A stretch of 63,080 nt of DNA, the filler included, from Octopus bimaculoides (lineage: Eukaryota), in the NCBI RefSeq assembly GCF_001194135.2. It is 6 parts of 6 records of this genome, joined end to end, with 100 filler letters (N's around TTAATTAATTAA, not from the genome) between each part and the next. Parts side by side here need not be neighbours in the genome. Positions count along the whole stretch, not along the records: positions 21,303 to 52,595 come from NC_068989.1; 5 more parts are not named here. One strand, written 5' to 3'. Positions 23,719-38,717 of this stretch are shown piece by piece; the stretch's first letter is position 1; each line of letters starts with the position of its first letter. The notes under the pieces were generated by a model. That model worked only from the letters and a program-made list of their open reading frames with translations, searched no databases and was not told the DNA's origin. A program made the position numbers and the translations under genes.

Positions 23719-23932
23719 TATCTTGATGTGGTGGTTGTCTACTCCTTAAACAGAGTTTGACCACCTCCTGCACCTACACCTTAGCCCTTTCATGGCGTCT
23801 GATGTGGCTTTTTAAACCAGACAGTGTTTTGAAAAAACACCCACACAGATTGCATCTCTGATTTGCACTACCAATACCTGCAAGTAAGTTCTGCTCATTG
23901 TGGATCCTAACATGTCTTTTAAGACCCCCATT
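23719..23932 (-). mobile_element. RTE-type LINE 3' end with C2H2-like motifs
   Basis: GGLKRHVRIH...QRCNLCGCFFKTLSGLKSHIRRHERAKV*. No TGEKP linker; resembles the 2530-2960 remnant. A host ZNF exon is not excluded because the segment runs into a gap. Confidence 0.6.
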
Positions 23933-24553
23933 NNNNNNNNNNNNNNNNNNNNNNNNNNNNNNNNNNNNNNNNNNNNNNNNNNNNNNNNNNNNNNNNNNNN
24001 NNNNNNNNNNNNNNNNNNNNNNNNNNNNNNNNNNNNNNNNNNNNNNNNNNNNNNNNNNNNNNNNNNNNNNNNNNNNNNNNNNNNNNNNNNNNNNNNNNNN
24101 CACACACACACATGCACACACCCACACACATATATATATATATATAGATTAAGTTATACATACACACCTATATATGTGACGATTCAACAAACTTTAGGAG
24201 ATGCAGACTTCGACATTTAGTACCTCCACGAAATTTACAGTTTCTATTACGCCATCTTTCATAACCCTTTAACATCATAATGATAGATATAACTCTGAAG
24301 CTTGTTCAGGTTATATGACACAATAATGCAACCGAGGTGAATAAATAAAATCACAATTGGATTATCAATAACAATGCGCAGGGAGATGGGAATCAATGAG
24401 GAAGAAAATGTGGGAAAAAAGTGAAGTTATTGATGAAGTAAAAATATTAATTTATTAGAACTTTTATTACATTTTCCTTGCACAATATCTTAAATTTCAA
24501 TTTTCCAGCGAAGAAAAAATATTGCGTTTTCAGTAGTATAGGTAGAGTATGAA

Positions 24554-24598
<45 letters not shown>

Positions 24599-24968
24599 GT
24601 CAGCGTGCACGCTTGTAAATGTGTATACATATATACATACATATATGCAAGTATACAGATTTATGTGTATATACATACATATATATAAATATATATATAN
24701 NNNNNNNNNNNNNNNNNNNNNNNNNNNNNNNNNNNNNNNNNNNNNNNNNNNNNNNNNNNNNNNNNNNNNNNNNNNNNNNNNNNNNNNNNNNNNNNNNNNN
24801 NNNNNNNNNNNNNNNNNNNNNNNNNNNNNNNNNNNNNNNNNNNNNNNNNNNNNNNNNNNNNNNNNNNNNNNNNNNNNNNNNNNNNNNNNNNNNNNNNNNN
24901 NNNNNNNNNNNNNNNNNNNNNNNNNNNNNNNNNNNNNNNNNNNNNNNNNNNNNNNNNNNNNNNNNNNN

Positions 24969-25008
<40 letters not shown>

Positions 25009-25732
25009 GCATACACACACACATATGTATGTATTTGATAACACTCATTTTGAGATATGCTTGATACTTACAATATTTAAAAAGCACAAATAATAAACGT
25101 TTTGAAAAAAAAAAATGAAAAAATTCATTCGGCTTGACGAAGTTAGAATAAAGTGAAACAAATAGGGAGAATGGGCAGTAATGCATGGTTTTTAGTTGGA
25201 AATGTTCACAACTGGAGACAGAGGATGAAAGAGATATCAGAGGATACAGCAACAGAGAGAGTGAGAGAAAATTGCAGGGTAGTGATAACGTTGAAGTGAA
25301 AGAGAAATAGTTTTAAAAAGATGCAGCTTTAAATGCATTATTTTATTATTTGGGAAATAAATACATAATGATATTTTTCATATAGGTAGAAGAATCTCAA
25401 CACATAATTACACAGTAAAATAGTAATAATGATATTTAATAGTTATTTTTGCAATGTCGTTATATTGAATTCGTGCAGGTCACATAATTTGACAAGTAAA
25501 GCAACAATTTTCCATTAGCATATCGCCATAATAATCGCATAAAAGTATTGGATTCATGTAACTAGGAACTACCTTTCAAATAGTTATATCGTAAGATTGT
25601 TCGTTATCCAAGGTATTGCTGAAATTAAGCAAGACACGGCAAACTCACGTTGACAGGGAAGTGCACTATTGTTACAGAGTGCCTAGGAAAGAAGAGAATA
25701 GCTTTGATTGTAATATATTTTCTAATTTAAAG

Positions 25733-25920
25733 CTGATGAGCTGCCAGAATAGTTAGTGCTTCAAGCAAAATATTTACCGGCATTTTGTCCATCTTTACAT
25801 TTTGAGTTCAAATTTCGCCGAGGTCGACTTTACTTTAATCTTTTTGGCGTTGATAAAAGAAGTATCAGCTGAGCGCTGTGGTCGACGTCATCGACTTAAC
25901 CGCTTTCCCAAAATTGGTGG
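25733..25920 (+). mobile_element. SINE family A
   Basis: gagctgccagaatagttag...gagttcaaatttcgccgaggtcgacttt. Confidence 0.85.
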
Positions 25921-25935
25921 ACTTACTCTCTCTCT

Positions 25936-26138
25936 CTTTACTCGTTACTATTTTACTTGCTTCAGTCATTTGACTGCGGCCATGCTGGAGCACCACCTTT
26001 AGTCGAGCAAATCGACCCCAGGACGTATTCTTTGTAAGCCTAGTACTTATTCTATCGCTAAGTTACTGTGACGTAAAGACACCAGCATAGGTTGTCAAGC
26101 GATGTTAGGCGGACAAGCACAGACACACAAATACACAC

Positions 26139-26171
<33 letters not shown>

Positions 26172-26329
26172 CGACGGGCTTCTTTCAGTTTCCGTCTACC
26201 ACATCCACTCACAAGGCTTTGGTCGGCCCGAGGCTATAGTAGAAGACACTTGCCCAAGGTGCCACGCAGTGGGACTGAACCCAGAACCATGTGGTTGGTA
26301 AGCAAGCTACTTACCACACAGCCACTCCT
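25936..26329 (-). mobile_element. SINE family B, full length, tail-to-tail with the family A copy
   Basis: Near-identical to 18193-18592. Confidence 0.93.
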
Positions 26330-26419
26330 GCGACTTGTGCCAAAATTTGAAACAGATATTTGTTTTGTAATTTAAACACTGCAATTGTTATTCAGTATCC
26401 TCGATCTCATTATTTGGTA

Positions 26420-26560
26420 AGTAATTTATTTCCTCCATCTCAGAAGGATCAGAAGCAATCTTGACCTTGGTCGGATCTAAAATTGGAATGTAAAGCTCAA
26501 GAAGAAATGCTGCATGGCAGTTTGTTCGACATTCTAATGATTCTGCCAATCCACCGACCC
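26420..26560 (-). mobile_element. Degenerate SINE family A
   Basis: gaaggat...ttgaccttggtcgga...taatgattctgccaatccaccg aligns to the family A head. Confidence 0.6.
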
Positions 26561-27099
26561 CGATATCTGATTGAGTCATAAGGCCTATTGTTTTTTTTTT
26601 GGGGGGGGGGTGTAGAGCAGCCAATAATATTGATCCAAGTACTTGACAGATAACGTATTTTGCCAATGCAAAAATGATAAAAATCAGAGTTGGCACCGCA
26701 TGATTTTCACCTACAATGTAAAGAGGCTGAAGAAGAGAAGTACTGTACGGTAGTTTAGCTGACGCTCAGATGATTCAGATCTTTGTCGCCTTCGTGTTGA
26801 TTGTGCTAATGCAGTAAATATGACGTATAACAACTAATAAAAATGGGAAAAGCCTTAGAAGATTTTTCAGTTGAAAGAATACCTGAGTGATGTTAGTGAT
26901 CAGTTCTCTTGGTACAATGTAAACTGCACGAAGACTTAACTACTTGAAAGTAACATCGAAGTTCGTCTATCTATGAGAATAGTAGCGTTAATAAGTTCAT
27001 CGAGTTCTCTAGAAGAGAAATTTGAAAATGTACTCTATCGGACACAGACGTGGAATCGAACGTTTTGTGTAAGAGGGATAAGTGTTATTGGATTAACGT

Positions 27100-27420
27100 T
27101 TATGTTTTATTTGATTCAGCCATTTGATTACGGCCATGCTGGGGCACCGTCTTCAGAGGTTGTAGTCGATTATACAGACACCAATACTTATTCGTAAGTC
27201 TGATGCTTACTCATCGGTCTGCTTTGCAGAACTTCTATATTACGGGGACGTAAACAAACCATCAAGCAACGGGGGTGATAAACATAGATACACAAACACA
27301 CAACATATACAGAACGAGATTCCAAACGGCTTCCAAAAACCGGATTCAAGCACAAGGCATTGACTGGCTCAAGGTTGTGGTAGTCATATGCCCAAGGTAC
27401 CGAATAGTGGGAGGGAAGAG
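27100..27420 (-). mobile_element. Degenerate SINE family B
   Basis: cagccatttgattacggccatgctggggcaccg...ttacggggacgtaaacaaacc...tgcccaagg. Confidence 0.75.
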
Positions 27421-27499
27421 TAGGTTAATGAAGAATCCTTCAATATGTAGATTTGACAAATAGTTTGAAACATAAAGCAAATAAAGGTTATTTTCAGAT

Positions 27500-27500
27500 A

Positions 27501-27546
<46 letters not shown>

Positions 27547-27547
27547 T
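27500..27547. repeat. (ATT)n microsatellite
   Basis: Visible. Confidence 0.97.
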
Positions 27548-28849
27548 TGCTGTTTGGTTCTAGATCAGCCATGGTCTTAGGTAAAAATTGCTTCAGCAGT
27601 GGCTTTCAGGTTATATATTTTCCCAGTAAAACTAGCATTAAGTCTTTTTAAATGAATTTCCTGAATACAGCTGAATGTGATTTAGGGAAAATTGGGTACA
27701 GATTTTAGCAGACTGAACAACCACTTTGAGACTCTCTTGTCTGTTTGGAGATTTTCATGGGTGAGTGTTCACGATTTAAATGAAACATTTGTAAATGATT
27801 GCCGTAGCATAAACCCATGTGTCAAACCCTTTTTTGCAGGAGGACGGGTCTCAGTCATATATTTCGTAGGCATTCGGAACCCTATTCCGTTTACGTCCAT
27901 TCTTAAAACAATTATAAGTCGGTACATGCAGGGAAAGCATAAAAATGTGACTGAATCTAAAAGAGTTAACATTCAGTGGAGAATGAGGTAGTTATTCAAG
28001 GGGCGCGAAATGAGGCGGTCCTGGCGTTAGTTGGATTACAGTGGGTAGATATTGTACTCAGCGAAGCAGACAAAAGTGATGATGCATCTGTGTACTAGAA
28101 ATTTTAATGTGTTGTTGAATGCATCTTTATTATCATGTTGTCTTCTTTCGGATGCGTCGTAATAATGGAAGAAGTAGCCTGTTAGATGTGGTAGAAGTAG
28201 TCAACAGGGATTCTTACTGAGCCTGCTAACATATCTGTAATAGTTCAGATACGAATTATTTTCTAACCCTGGAAAAGACTGCGAATGAGGGTTAATGAGA
28301 TCGAAATATAATATAGAATAGTTAAATGAACAGAGATGATGCTCCTGCCGTGCAATTCTGATCCACCTTTAATACAGTATTCAAAACATTTTCCCAGTAA
28401 TTGCTATATGAATACATATAGTGTTTTTGTCAGTAATTTAGCAAGAATCTCTTAATTCAATTATGGTTAGCGTTGTCTTCTTTCAGTGAAGCACTGCATT
28501 AATTAATTAATTAATTTTAATAATATATATCTACATATCCAGCGTGTATTTAATGTTATAACTATGTCTAACAATTTGCATAATCGGTTTATGAATGTAA
28601 ACTTATATTTTCTTTTATCTTAACTTGATTATAGCATTTATGTTGTGAGAAATCCTTTGAAATCTATCAACTTAAGATGTAGGAAATATACTCTAGAGAT
28701 TTTCCTGTAAACTACTTCAATCTAATAATATAAGTTGTTATTGAAGATAGAGCTTCAGACAAGTCAAATAGACATTACAGACATTAAACTGTCAAGAGGC
28801 AGTTTCGTTTTATCTTACCGACTGAAAATGTGCAGCAGCCTGCAAAGCT

Positions 28850-29260
28850 CTGTAAAATTCAACTACGTTCAATACAAGAGAGACCGCGCGTAATAAGTGC
28901 ACCCTGGCTCGATAAAGCACAAACGTTAGGCTGCATCTGTGTGATCGCAGTTATTACTCGGAGTAACATGATTAATAGAACAGTTATGGTACTAAGCTGT
29001 ATCGAGTGCTTCAATATTCACACTAGCTTGACAGCGAAAAGATACCACTCTGCCTTTGTATTCTTTCAGAAATTACACCGAGTAACATGTACAGTAGAGC
29101 AGATATGATCTGTGATTTATTAAGTGCAGTACCATGCACACTGCGATGCAACGATGCAGAGATGCAGGCTACATTTATGATAACGACAATTAGTTCAAGT
29201 AACATGCTTAGTACAACAGCTATGATATTTGGATATATTAAGCCAGATCTTAGAAAATAA
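28850..29260 (+). repeat. Degenerate ~118-bp tandem repeat (3 copies), with a related segment at ~30990-31290
   Basis: The anchor (g/a)agtaacatg occurs at 28961, 29080 and 29197. tagagc.g.tatgatc..gatttattaagt..ataccatgca is shared with ~31182-31225. Confidence 0.65.
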
Positions 29261-30171
29261 AGTGACCTATACCTAAATAAAATATTTTGAAGAGCGTGAT
29301 ACGACATGACCAAGTTCGCTTGAATAATTAGTTAAAAGTTAATGCGATCTCTTGATCTTGTACTTATACATGGCCCGTAAATACATAAATTATTACAGTC
29401 ATCAGAGCTTGTGAGGTAACACTGTACATCGAGATTATTATTAATATTGCCAGATTTTATCCTCTCCACCATATTCAGTATTCTGTCACTTCCCTTCTTT
29501 CATCTTTCTTCTTTCTCTCTCTATTTCTATGTGTTGCCCTTACATGCATTTTACAAGTGCACATATAATTTAATGAATAAAAGAGTCATACATGAGCTAC
29601 TTTAAGATTCATGCTCAGACAGTTCAATAGTTGAAGTGGTTGATATAAAATACTGTGTAGGATCCAGCAATCAGCAGAATCAGACAACATGGTTACTGAG
29701 TGAGGGAAACGAGAACGAACGAGAAATTATATCTATATGTCCTGTACTTCTATTTATCCCTATATCCTTTCAAAATTTCTCCTAGGAGTTACCCATTACA
29801 ATTTGTCTTGTCCTAACGGGCCTTAATGGCTGTCTTCGTCCATTGTTTATTCTGTACGTCCACTCTGGGGTCGTTTGTTCGTTCGCAGACCTAACTCTCC
29901 TTGAATTTTATATATTCAAAATTTCTGGATACTGCGGTTTTATGAAGTTTTCCTATTTTGTCGTTGAACGGTCGAAACAGGAAGTAATAGACAGTCGACA
30001 ACTGACGAGGAGTTGTCCTGTAATCTATCTCTGTGTGTTTACGCATTTTTCACTTGGTGGTGATATCCTGTACTTTATGTGCATTTTTTTGTATTTGTCC
30101 TGTAATTATCTCTCGTGTGTTCACCTATTTTTCATTCGCTGGTTATGTCCTTTTCTTAATGTGTGTTTTTA

Positions 30172-30172
<1 letters not shown>

Positions 30173-30266
<94 letters not shown>

Positions 30267-30304
30267 GTATATGTATGAATATGTATGTATATATATGTAT
30301 ATAT

Positions 30305-30335
<31 letters not shown>

Positions 30336-30553
30336 CGCATACATATATACATATATATATATATACACACATACACATTAGCCCAACACATAAGCACATA
30401 TACACGCGTCCATACGCACACACACACGCGCACACTCACCCGCGCATACGTACTCACTCGCCTCATTTACACATACGCACTCAGGCACACAATTCTCACA
30501 TACACACACGCTCACTTGCGCACCTTAGTTCTTTGGAGTGGGTCCCCATTACC

Positions 30554-30621
<68 letters not shown>

Positions 30622-30759
30622 ACTTTCATTCAGCTTCTTTTTTCCTATCACATCGCCATGTTGGAACGTTGAACTCTGCACATTTTTCCTCAAGCGTTAA
30701 ACTAATGCACCTGCTTATTGTTCCTACACCTATCTTCGTCTTTTGTTTCTGTTAATACA

Positions 30760-30835
<76 letters not shown>

Positions 30836-30920
30836 TATATAGTTAGCTATATATATATGCAAATATATTCATATACATACATATATGTGTGTATGTGTGT
30901 GTGTGTATGTGGCACATCAC
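30173..30920. repeat. Compound (TA)n/(CA)n/(ATT)n microsatellite block
   Basis: Visible; explains the stacked IY/HT/poly-I ORFs. Confidence 0.95.
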
Positions 30921-32095
30921 ATGCTATGTTCACATGCTAACAATGTAAAGAACTAGAAGTGACCTTCATATGACAAGTTGCTATAAGGCTCTATGGATGA
31001 AAGAATATCTTAAGCTAAAGCGTTTGGCAATGTACAGTAGTCTACAAAGCTCTATAAACAACTTAGCGTAATTTCAGAGAAACCACATATTATGTGCAAC
31101 ACTATGAACAGTGCATCGATAGCGCACAGATGTCTGCCTGACTCTGTGTGATAACTGTAATTATCCTGAGTAATATCGTTAATAGAGCTGCTATGATCCT
31201 CAGATTTATTAAGTCAATACCATGCATGTTGCGTCGATAAAACAGAGATGTCAGGGCTACTTCTGTGTAATAATTTATGCCATTTTTTAGAATACTAAAG
31301 CGCGTTTTAATTGAAACTTCTTTTCTCAAATAGAAATTCTTGAAGGACTGGTTACCATGACTAAGTTTATTCTATCATAAGTCTAATATGGATTCAAACT
31401 ATTATTGCTGTTAAGCTCTCGGGTATGCAGAAATGTTATTACCATACAATTAACTGTAGATGTTTTTAGGCAACTCTAAAATCTGTCAGTGCCTCCTGTT
31501 CAGCTTTGTAAGAATTAATCCCCACTGAAATGCTTGTCAATGACACATGGCAAGTCTCATTCAATGGTTATATACGAAAGTTACAAATCCAAGACGCCAG
31601 TGGGCGAAAAACCGAGAGCGAGAAACGTCGAGTAAAGATTCACCTTCCAATAAATAATTCATAGCTGTTTCCACAGTACAATAAATATTTGCACTCTATT
31701 GTATTTCGTAATTTTTCCTACCCCCATCCTCAGACCTACATACATACTTGCTCACGCACACACAGACGCTTACACACATATATACACACACTTACACAAC
31801 CTTACACACGCTTACACGCACTTAAACATACACAGAGAGGTACGTATTTAATAAGAGACAGAGTAAAGGTTATTAATATTCTTATGCTTCAATATACAAG
31901 TGTTTCAATAAACCGACGGCTACTTTTTTTGTCGTATCAGAATTTATGATATGATATAGCTCTACACTATAGCTCACCCTCAGTTGTAAGGTTTCAATTC
32001 ACAGTACGCAAAATATAGGTGTTTAATGAGTAATGAATTGCCAAGCTCTAAACTCACTGGTAATGTGTCACACATGCTTTCGCACAATTGTTAAT

Positions 32096-32128
32096 TGTGA
32101 TGATGATGATAATGATGATGATGACGAT

Positions 32129-32190
<62 letters not shown>

Positions 32191-32325
32191 TAATGTTGAT
32201 AATATATTGTATGTATGTATCTATCTATATGCCTGTCTTCTCTCTGTATGTATGTATCTATGTGTGTATGTATGTATGTATGTATGTATGTATGTATGTA
32301 TGTATGTGAGTGTGTGTGTGTGTTG
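32096..32325. repeat. (GAT)n/(AAT)n/(TATG)n compound microsatellite
   Basis: Visible. Confidence 0.95.
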
Positions 32326-32831
32326 TTGTTGTACATATGTGCATGTGTTTTTGTCCTTATCAGTGGGAGCAGGTTTGTACGTTTAACGTAACGGCTTGTA
32401 TTATATATTCGACAGAAAAGATCGAGAGAGGACAACATGAATGGTACATGAATTCGTTGAGTTAAGTTCTGGACTATATTGTTTAAATTGTCATTACCCG
32501 TGATAAAATTACTAAAAGACGAAGTCGGCAAGTTATTGAGCTATTGGTGATGCTATAATCGCTGGAAGACGGATGAACAGCAGAGTCGAGCTATAATGCC
32601 AAATTATAAGCACACACACATACGTGCGCGGACGCCCACACGTACATGTAATCTTTATAGATATATGCACAAACATAATATATATATATATACACAAAAA
32701 TATACGCTATTTGTTCGTTGCTATCTTACATAAGTGATTCAAGCCCGAGTATTTCATCACTACAGTTTTCAAACTTATAGTTTGATGAGTGCGACGTATG
32801 AAACTCTAGGCATTCATTTCAGGCCTGAATA

Positions 32832-33061
32832 TTTATGTCCTTATTGCCCACAGGGGCCTAAACATAGAGGGACAAACAAAGGCACACACAAGGATTAAGT
32901 CGATTACATCGAGCCAAAGCGTAACTGGTACTTATTTAATCGACCCCGAAAGGATGAGAGGCAAAGTCGATCTCGACGGAATTTGAACTCATGACGTAAC
33001 GGCTGATGGAATATCGTTCAGTATTTCGTCCAGCGTGTTAACGATTCTGCCAGCTCGCCGC
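32832..33061 (-). mobile_element. SINE family A, full length
   Basis: Reverse complement of the 15063-15282 copy. Confidence 0.92.
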
Positions 33062-36000
33062 TTTTCCAGGCCTGAAAATTGTACGTTTATAGTCTTGTGC
33101 TTTGAATTCTACATCCCACGCTCGTTCCTAGACACCAATTTACATATACCCCCACACACATTCCTATATGATATATGTCTGTGTAGGCATGTAGAACGAG
33201 AGTTGTTGATGTTTTTCTTTTATAGAATATTATTGTTTGATTTCATTAGTATGCTTTCTGTTTTTTCTCGATTTTCTTTTTATCACTGCTAACTTTATAT
33301 GCGTACATTAGATCTTGCTACCACATATGCTTATTTGCATGTCTTTGTTATGTAAATATAGGTGAATGTTATAGCGGCATATCGACACAATACTTGCGCA
33401 TGCTGACGTTGTCACCTACCAATTGCGTTAGTGGTTTTGTTCTGGTTTCCCGTTCCTTTAAAGCAGTAATTTATATGACTCTAATATATGTGTTTACAAG
33501 AAATAAGCTTTTGTCTCCTCAATGAATCTTTGCTATTTCACATACTTTATTTTATGAAGAGTATGACAACAACATCTATTTTTCTTCTGAATTCGCTTTT
33601 TATTATAAGGAAAAACATTGAAAGGAAACCATTTGCATAAATCAATAATAAATAATTTACATACTTGAATAAAATTTGAGAATAAATAACATAAACTAGC
33701 TTGCATGTATCAATTCATTCTGAACAAAGTAAAAATGAAGTAAAATTTCCATTTGCGAAAAAATATATCAATATAAAAATGCAGCGATAATTTATTTTAA
33801 AAATGCAATTATTTCATGGTAATATATTGGCATATGCCATATCTGAACGGCGAAATTTACGATTTCAGATACGTGCAACCGTCTATTATTATGAATCTCT
33901 TGCAATGTTTATTTGGAATTCTGCTAGCTTCGATTTTTATGTCTGTGTGTATATACGTTTCAATATTTACTTGAAAAAGTGAATCCTATGCATACATACA
34001 TATACATATATGTTCATGCATGTACATATATATATATATATATATATAAACATACATACGTGTATAAAGCATTTACATACACCACGTTATGATACATCAA
34101 GTATTGAGCTAGTGAGATCGTCAATTACACGACCTCGTTTTGTTATATTATTGCTATATTTGCCATCAACTGACATTAAATCCCAACGTGGGAGCCGTTA
34201 TTATTTTGTAAATAAATGCGTAGTTTGAGAAGGCATTTCTAATTGATTTTAATATGTACATGTTTTCTACATGAATGAATCTGTACTCCATGTTCAATGT
34301 TGTTGCGGAAACGTTTTCTTTCATATAACCTGTTATTGCTTTCGAGGAAACACTCTTTCACATTCCTTGTCCTTGGTAAATCTTCGGCTTTGGAAAAAAA
34401 GTAAAACTTATCAAACATCTATTACCACACACAGCAATTACTGCAGCAAGTCAGATATATCATATTTTCTGGCTTTCTTCCAATATTTTAATTATTTTAT
34501 TTTTAAGGCTACTATTCAATCTATAGATTTCATCTTTTTTACCATGTATCAGAATCAGATGCTGTATATTCCTTGTCATACCGTTTTCCAGGGGAGTATA
34601 GAACCACGTGTTAATATATTGAAGTAAATTTAAATTTATCGCTTGTTTTAAGCTTTTGTTCATCTCAATGTTATGACATTTGAAGGACAGTTATAAATGA
34701 CCATGTGTCTAGGTCAAAAACCAGTGTGCGTATAATGTGATGATGTAACATCTTACAACGTAGGGGAAACAGCTTCATCTTCACGTCGTATAACTAGGTC
34801 ATTTCAGCTCTAAAACTCTGATATCAACACTGAGAATCTATAAAACATTTGTGAATTCAGCTGCTTTTTAATGGTATACACATCAGATTTGTACGACAGT
34901 CCATGAATAGTTAAGTAACTTTGTCCTGCAGTGTTAAGGGAAACGAATTATTTATACGAATCATTTATATCAATTGCTAGTAAAATATCCAATTTTAACT
35001 CAGTCAGCATAAAAAATTCTAATATCTTAGCGAGAGTTTAGCTGTAAAGATATTCAGACAACAATGCAAACGTTACACCCAAGCATAAAATAGCACTAGT
35101 ATGTTGGTTCTTCTTTCAAAAACAGGCTTGCAATAAAAATATCTGTAACAAACACCCAGCAATGAATCACACTTTTTCTTCGTTGACAGCCGACTATATG
35201 ATTACTGTTGTCTAAAAGAAATGATGATGTGAGAAATAAAACAAAAACCTTTTCATTTGTGTTTTGCTTTTTCAATTTGTTGATTTCTTATCACACTCTC
35301 TGTAAAATAATCCGCTGTAGTATATGTTATGTCAAAACTTCCCTTTACTTGGCTATTAGTACAATAAAAAGAGCATTATTATCGTCATCTAAGACCTAAG
35401 ACAGAATCGTTAAAACGTCAGCTAAAATACCAAACGTATATCTTGCAGTTCTGCATTTCTAAAGTAAAGTCCTGTTTCAGTCAACACATTGACCTATGCC
35501 CTTCCAGTGCCGATAAAATAAAGTAAAACTGAAGTACTTGGGTCGCGGTAATAGACTAACCGTCCTCTACAATTTCAGGTCTATAGCCTATATTAGGATC
35601 AATTATTATGTGTTCTGTAACAACACTTAAACCGGCAACATGGCTGCATACGTCTGGCAAAGAGTACATTCAAAACCATGATGCACCAACAGAGCGTTCT
35701 TTGTTACCGCCACCTTGCAAAAAAAAAAAGCAATAACACTAATAAAATACATTTTGGAAGACACGAATATGAATATCAAATATTCATCTATAGAATGAAA
35801 GAACACTGACGACGGTTAAGGACGGATTCAAGTTACAAAGGAATGTCCAATATAAAAACAGTCCGAGCTTATCTTATCTTGCCGGCATATACCAAGCATT
35901 CTACCGACATATGTAATTACTATTTCATGAGGTGAAATATGCCAATATCTACGTAGTAACGCAGACACGATCGATCACCTGCAAAATTTGAGCATAAAAA

Positions 36001-38050
36001 ATCAATACTATTTAGCTCTATACATTTATAAAACTTTATACGTTTCTAGAATAAGTGTAAGTAAAATTTCTGTATCAAAAATAAACACACATTACACACA
36101 CACACACACGCACACACACACACGCACTTACACACACACACACACACGCACACACACACACACGCACACACACAAACACACACATACACACAATCACACA
36201 CATATACACACACACAAACAAACATGTGTACATAACTATGTACACATGTATTAATAAGCAATAGTTGCAAACTCTGTCCTTTGTTTCTAGCATTTTTAGC
36301 AAGTTTTAAAATATTGTCTCTCTCTGTCTCTCCACTACCCTCTTTCTGTTTCCTCGTGTATAGAAATCGGATGATCTAACCACTTCTGATGACCTTTTCA
36401 TAACCTTTTCATAACCGACAATACAAGTACATTCTATTCGTCAGTCTCTTTTGCAGGTTACATGTTAATTGTAATACAGATGCAAAACGACTTATACATG
36501 CACAATCCGTTTACTTATGCAGATATATAAGTATATGTGTCTGTGTGTATATATGTACTCGTATATCTGTACATGCGTGTATACATACATATAAATATAT
36601 ATANNNNNNNNNNNNNNNNNNNNNNNNNNNNNNNNNNNNNNNNNNNNNNNNNNNNNNNNNNNNNNNNNNNNNNNNNNNNNNNNNNNNNNNNNNNNNNNNN
36701 NNNNNNNNNNNNNNNNNNNNNNNNNNNNNNNNNNNNNTATATATATACAGATACAGATACAGATATGAATGGCAATTTCTGTCTGGTCTGTTACCATCTC
36801 ACTAACTAAACCAGCGAACCAATACTCACCAAACTTTGCATACATATTGCACTGACATTCAGATCAATAATAGGCTAATTAGATTTCGATAAGAGTCTAT
36901 AATGTGCCCCCTAGTGGGGTTGGGAGAATGATATTATAAAATGAGAAGGGTGCAAAAACTATTAGTGTGAAGGAAACGTAGTTGTTGAGTAGGTATGACT
37001 GATATCTAGGAAGGGGAGTACAACTTTCTGTAAGCGACAAATATTGAGTGGCAATGGGATTGTTAACGTTAATACAGCTGTCATATACAAGTGGCGCTGC
37101 ATATATACTTTCGTAAATACATAGATACATGCACACACGCATACACACGCATACACACGCACACACAACTAGCTTTTAAAAGGCCGACGAAGGGAGAGAA
37201 AGGTGGTTGTAAATCATACGTAGCTTTAAGGAGACAGGGGTAGGTGGCTTTTCTATACACATACATATATATATATATATACGTATATACATACATTCGC
37301 ACATACATACAGACATACGTCTACTATACTCCATTCTCAATTCTTGATTATCTGTGTGTACGTTTGTAAATGTGTGTTTGTGTGCGTGTGTCACGTCCTA
37401 CAACTCTCTGTCTGTCTACTTTTGTAGGGTCTTCTCTGTTGCTGTCACGTATTGTGAGATTTTAATATTACATCAACATTTTCAAATTTGGTATATTGAA
37501 ATAATTTTCCACGTTAAATCTGATTTTCGTATTTATTTGCAGAAAAATGTCACGCATGTTTAAAGTTCAACAAATTTTACCTAATCAGAAAACAGGACTT
37601 GGAAGCTGGCATTTCCTGCATTATAGCCGTCTATCACAAAGTGACGGAGGATCGAAATATTAGAAAGTTACAAAGTAAGGTGCCGAATAAGCGAAAAATT
37701 AAGCACGAAGATCTATAGTGTTAGTTCGGACCAAGTAGTCAACCTAAGAACTGTGTAGGTATATGTTGTAATATTAGATGTAGCCATATCAAAAGTATGT
37801 CTTATAAAACTATTCCGCACATAAAATAACAGCCATACCAACAATCCAACACACTTCTATCATCAGCTGCCCCACGGATATCACTATGGTTTCGAAACCT
37901 GGGCATTACCAATCAATCTAGTGGTGTCAACAGCACTAAAATAAGTGTTGTTTGGGAGACTGACAGGAGGAGCGATAGATAGGTAGTTATATATATATGT
38001 ATATATATACATTTACATACATATAAAATATAAAAAGATATATAGGTAGG

Positions 38051-38089
<39 letters not shown>

Positions 38090-38639
38090 GTACATGAAAA
38101 ATGTACACGAAAAATGATTACATACAAACTTGTATATATATATATATGTGTGTGTGTATTAAAAGGGATAGGTAGTAAGATCGATAGATAGATAGAGAGG
38201 GAGAGAGAGAGAGAGTAAGAGAGATAGATAGCTATACATAGAAAAACGGGTATATAGCTATACACTACGAGCAACGTGATTAAATAATGATCAGCGAAAA
38301 TCCTCTGTATCTTTGTTTTCGTCAATGCTATTTAAAGCAGCATTCATTATTGAAATTGATAGCGAAGAGTTATTTGAAAGTTGATCGTTTGTATCACAAA
38401 GCAACCTGGGTGCTAAATAAAACCTGCGATCTCTCTTTGTTCTTGGCCTGCAATAACGGATGAAAGGTTCCATATAAAAATCATGTTTCTTTGCTTCTTG
38501 TTCAAAGCATTGTACGCATACAGACACACACACACATACATTTATATATGTATGCACATGTATATGTATGTATATGTGTGTACGTACCTATGTTGTGGAT
38601 ATATAAATGCATGTCTCTCTCTCTTTCTCTCTCTCTCTC

Positions 38640-38717
<78 letters not shown>

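Noticed and set aside
23774-23932. Host C2H2 zinc-finger gene exon
   Set aside because: No TGEKP linker or splice evidence; the spacing and 3' flank fit an RTE LINE terminus better.
26485-26496. tggaatgtaaag, identical to the first 12 nt of miR-1
   Set aside because: It lies inside a degenerate SINE A copy, the remaining bases diverge, and there is no hairpin.
29875-29886. tttgttcgttcg, matching the 5' end of miR-375
   Set aside because: The 3' half does not match and there is no complementary upstream arm.
36770-36930. Helitron/Helentron-like fragment (accaaactttgcatac, gtgccccctagtgg)
   Set aside because: Resemblance from memory only; the termini could not be defined.
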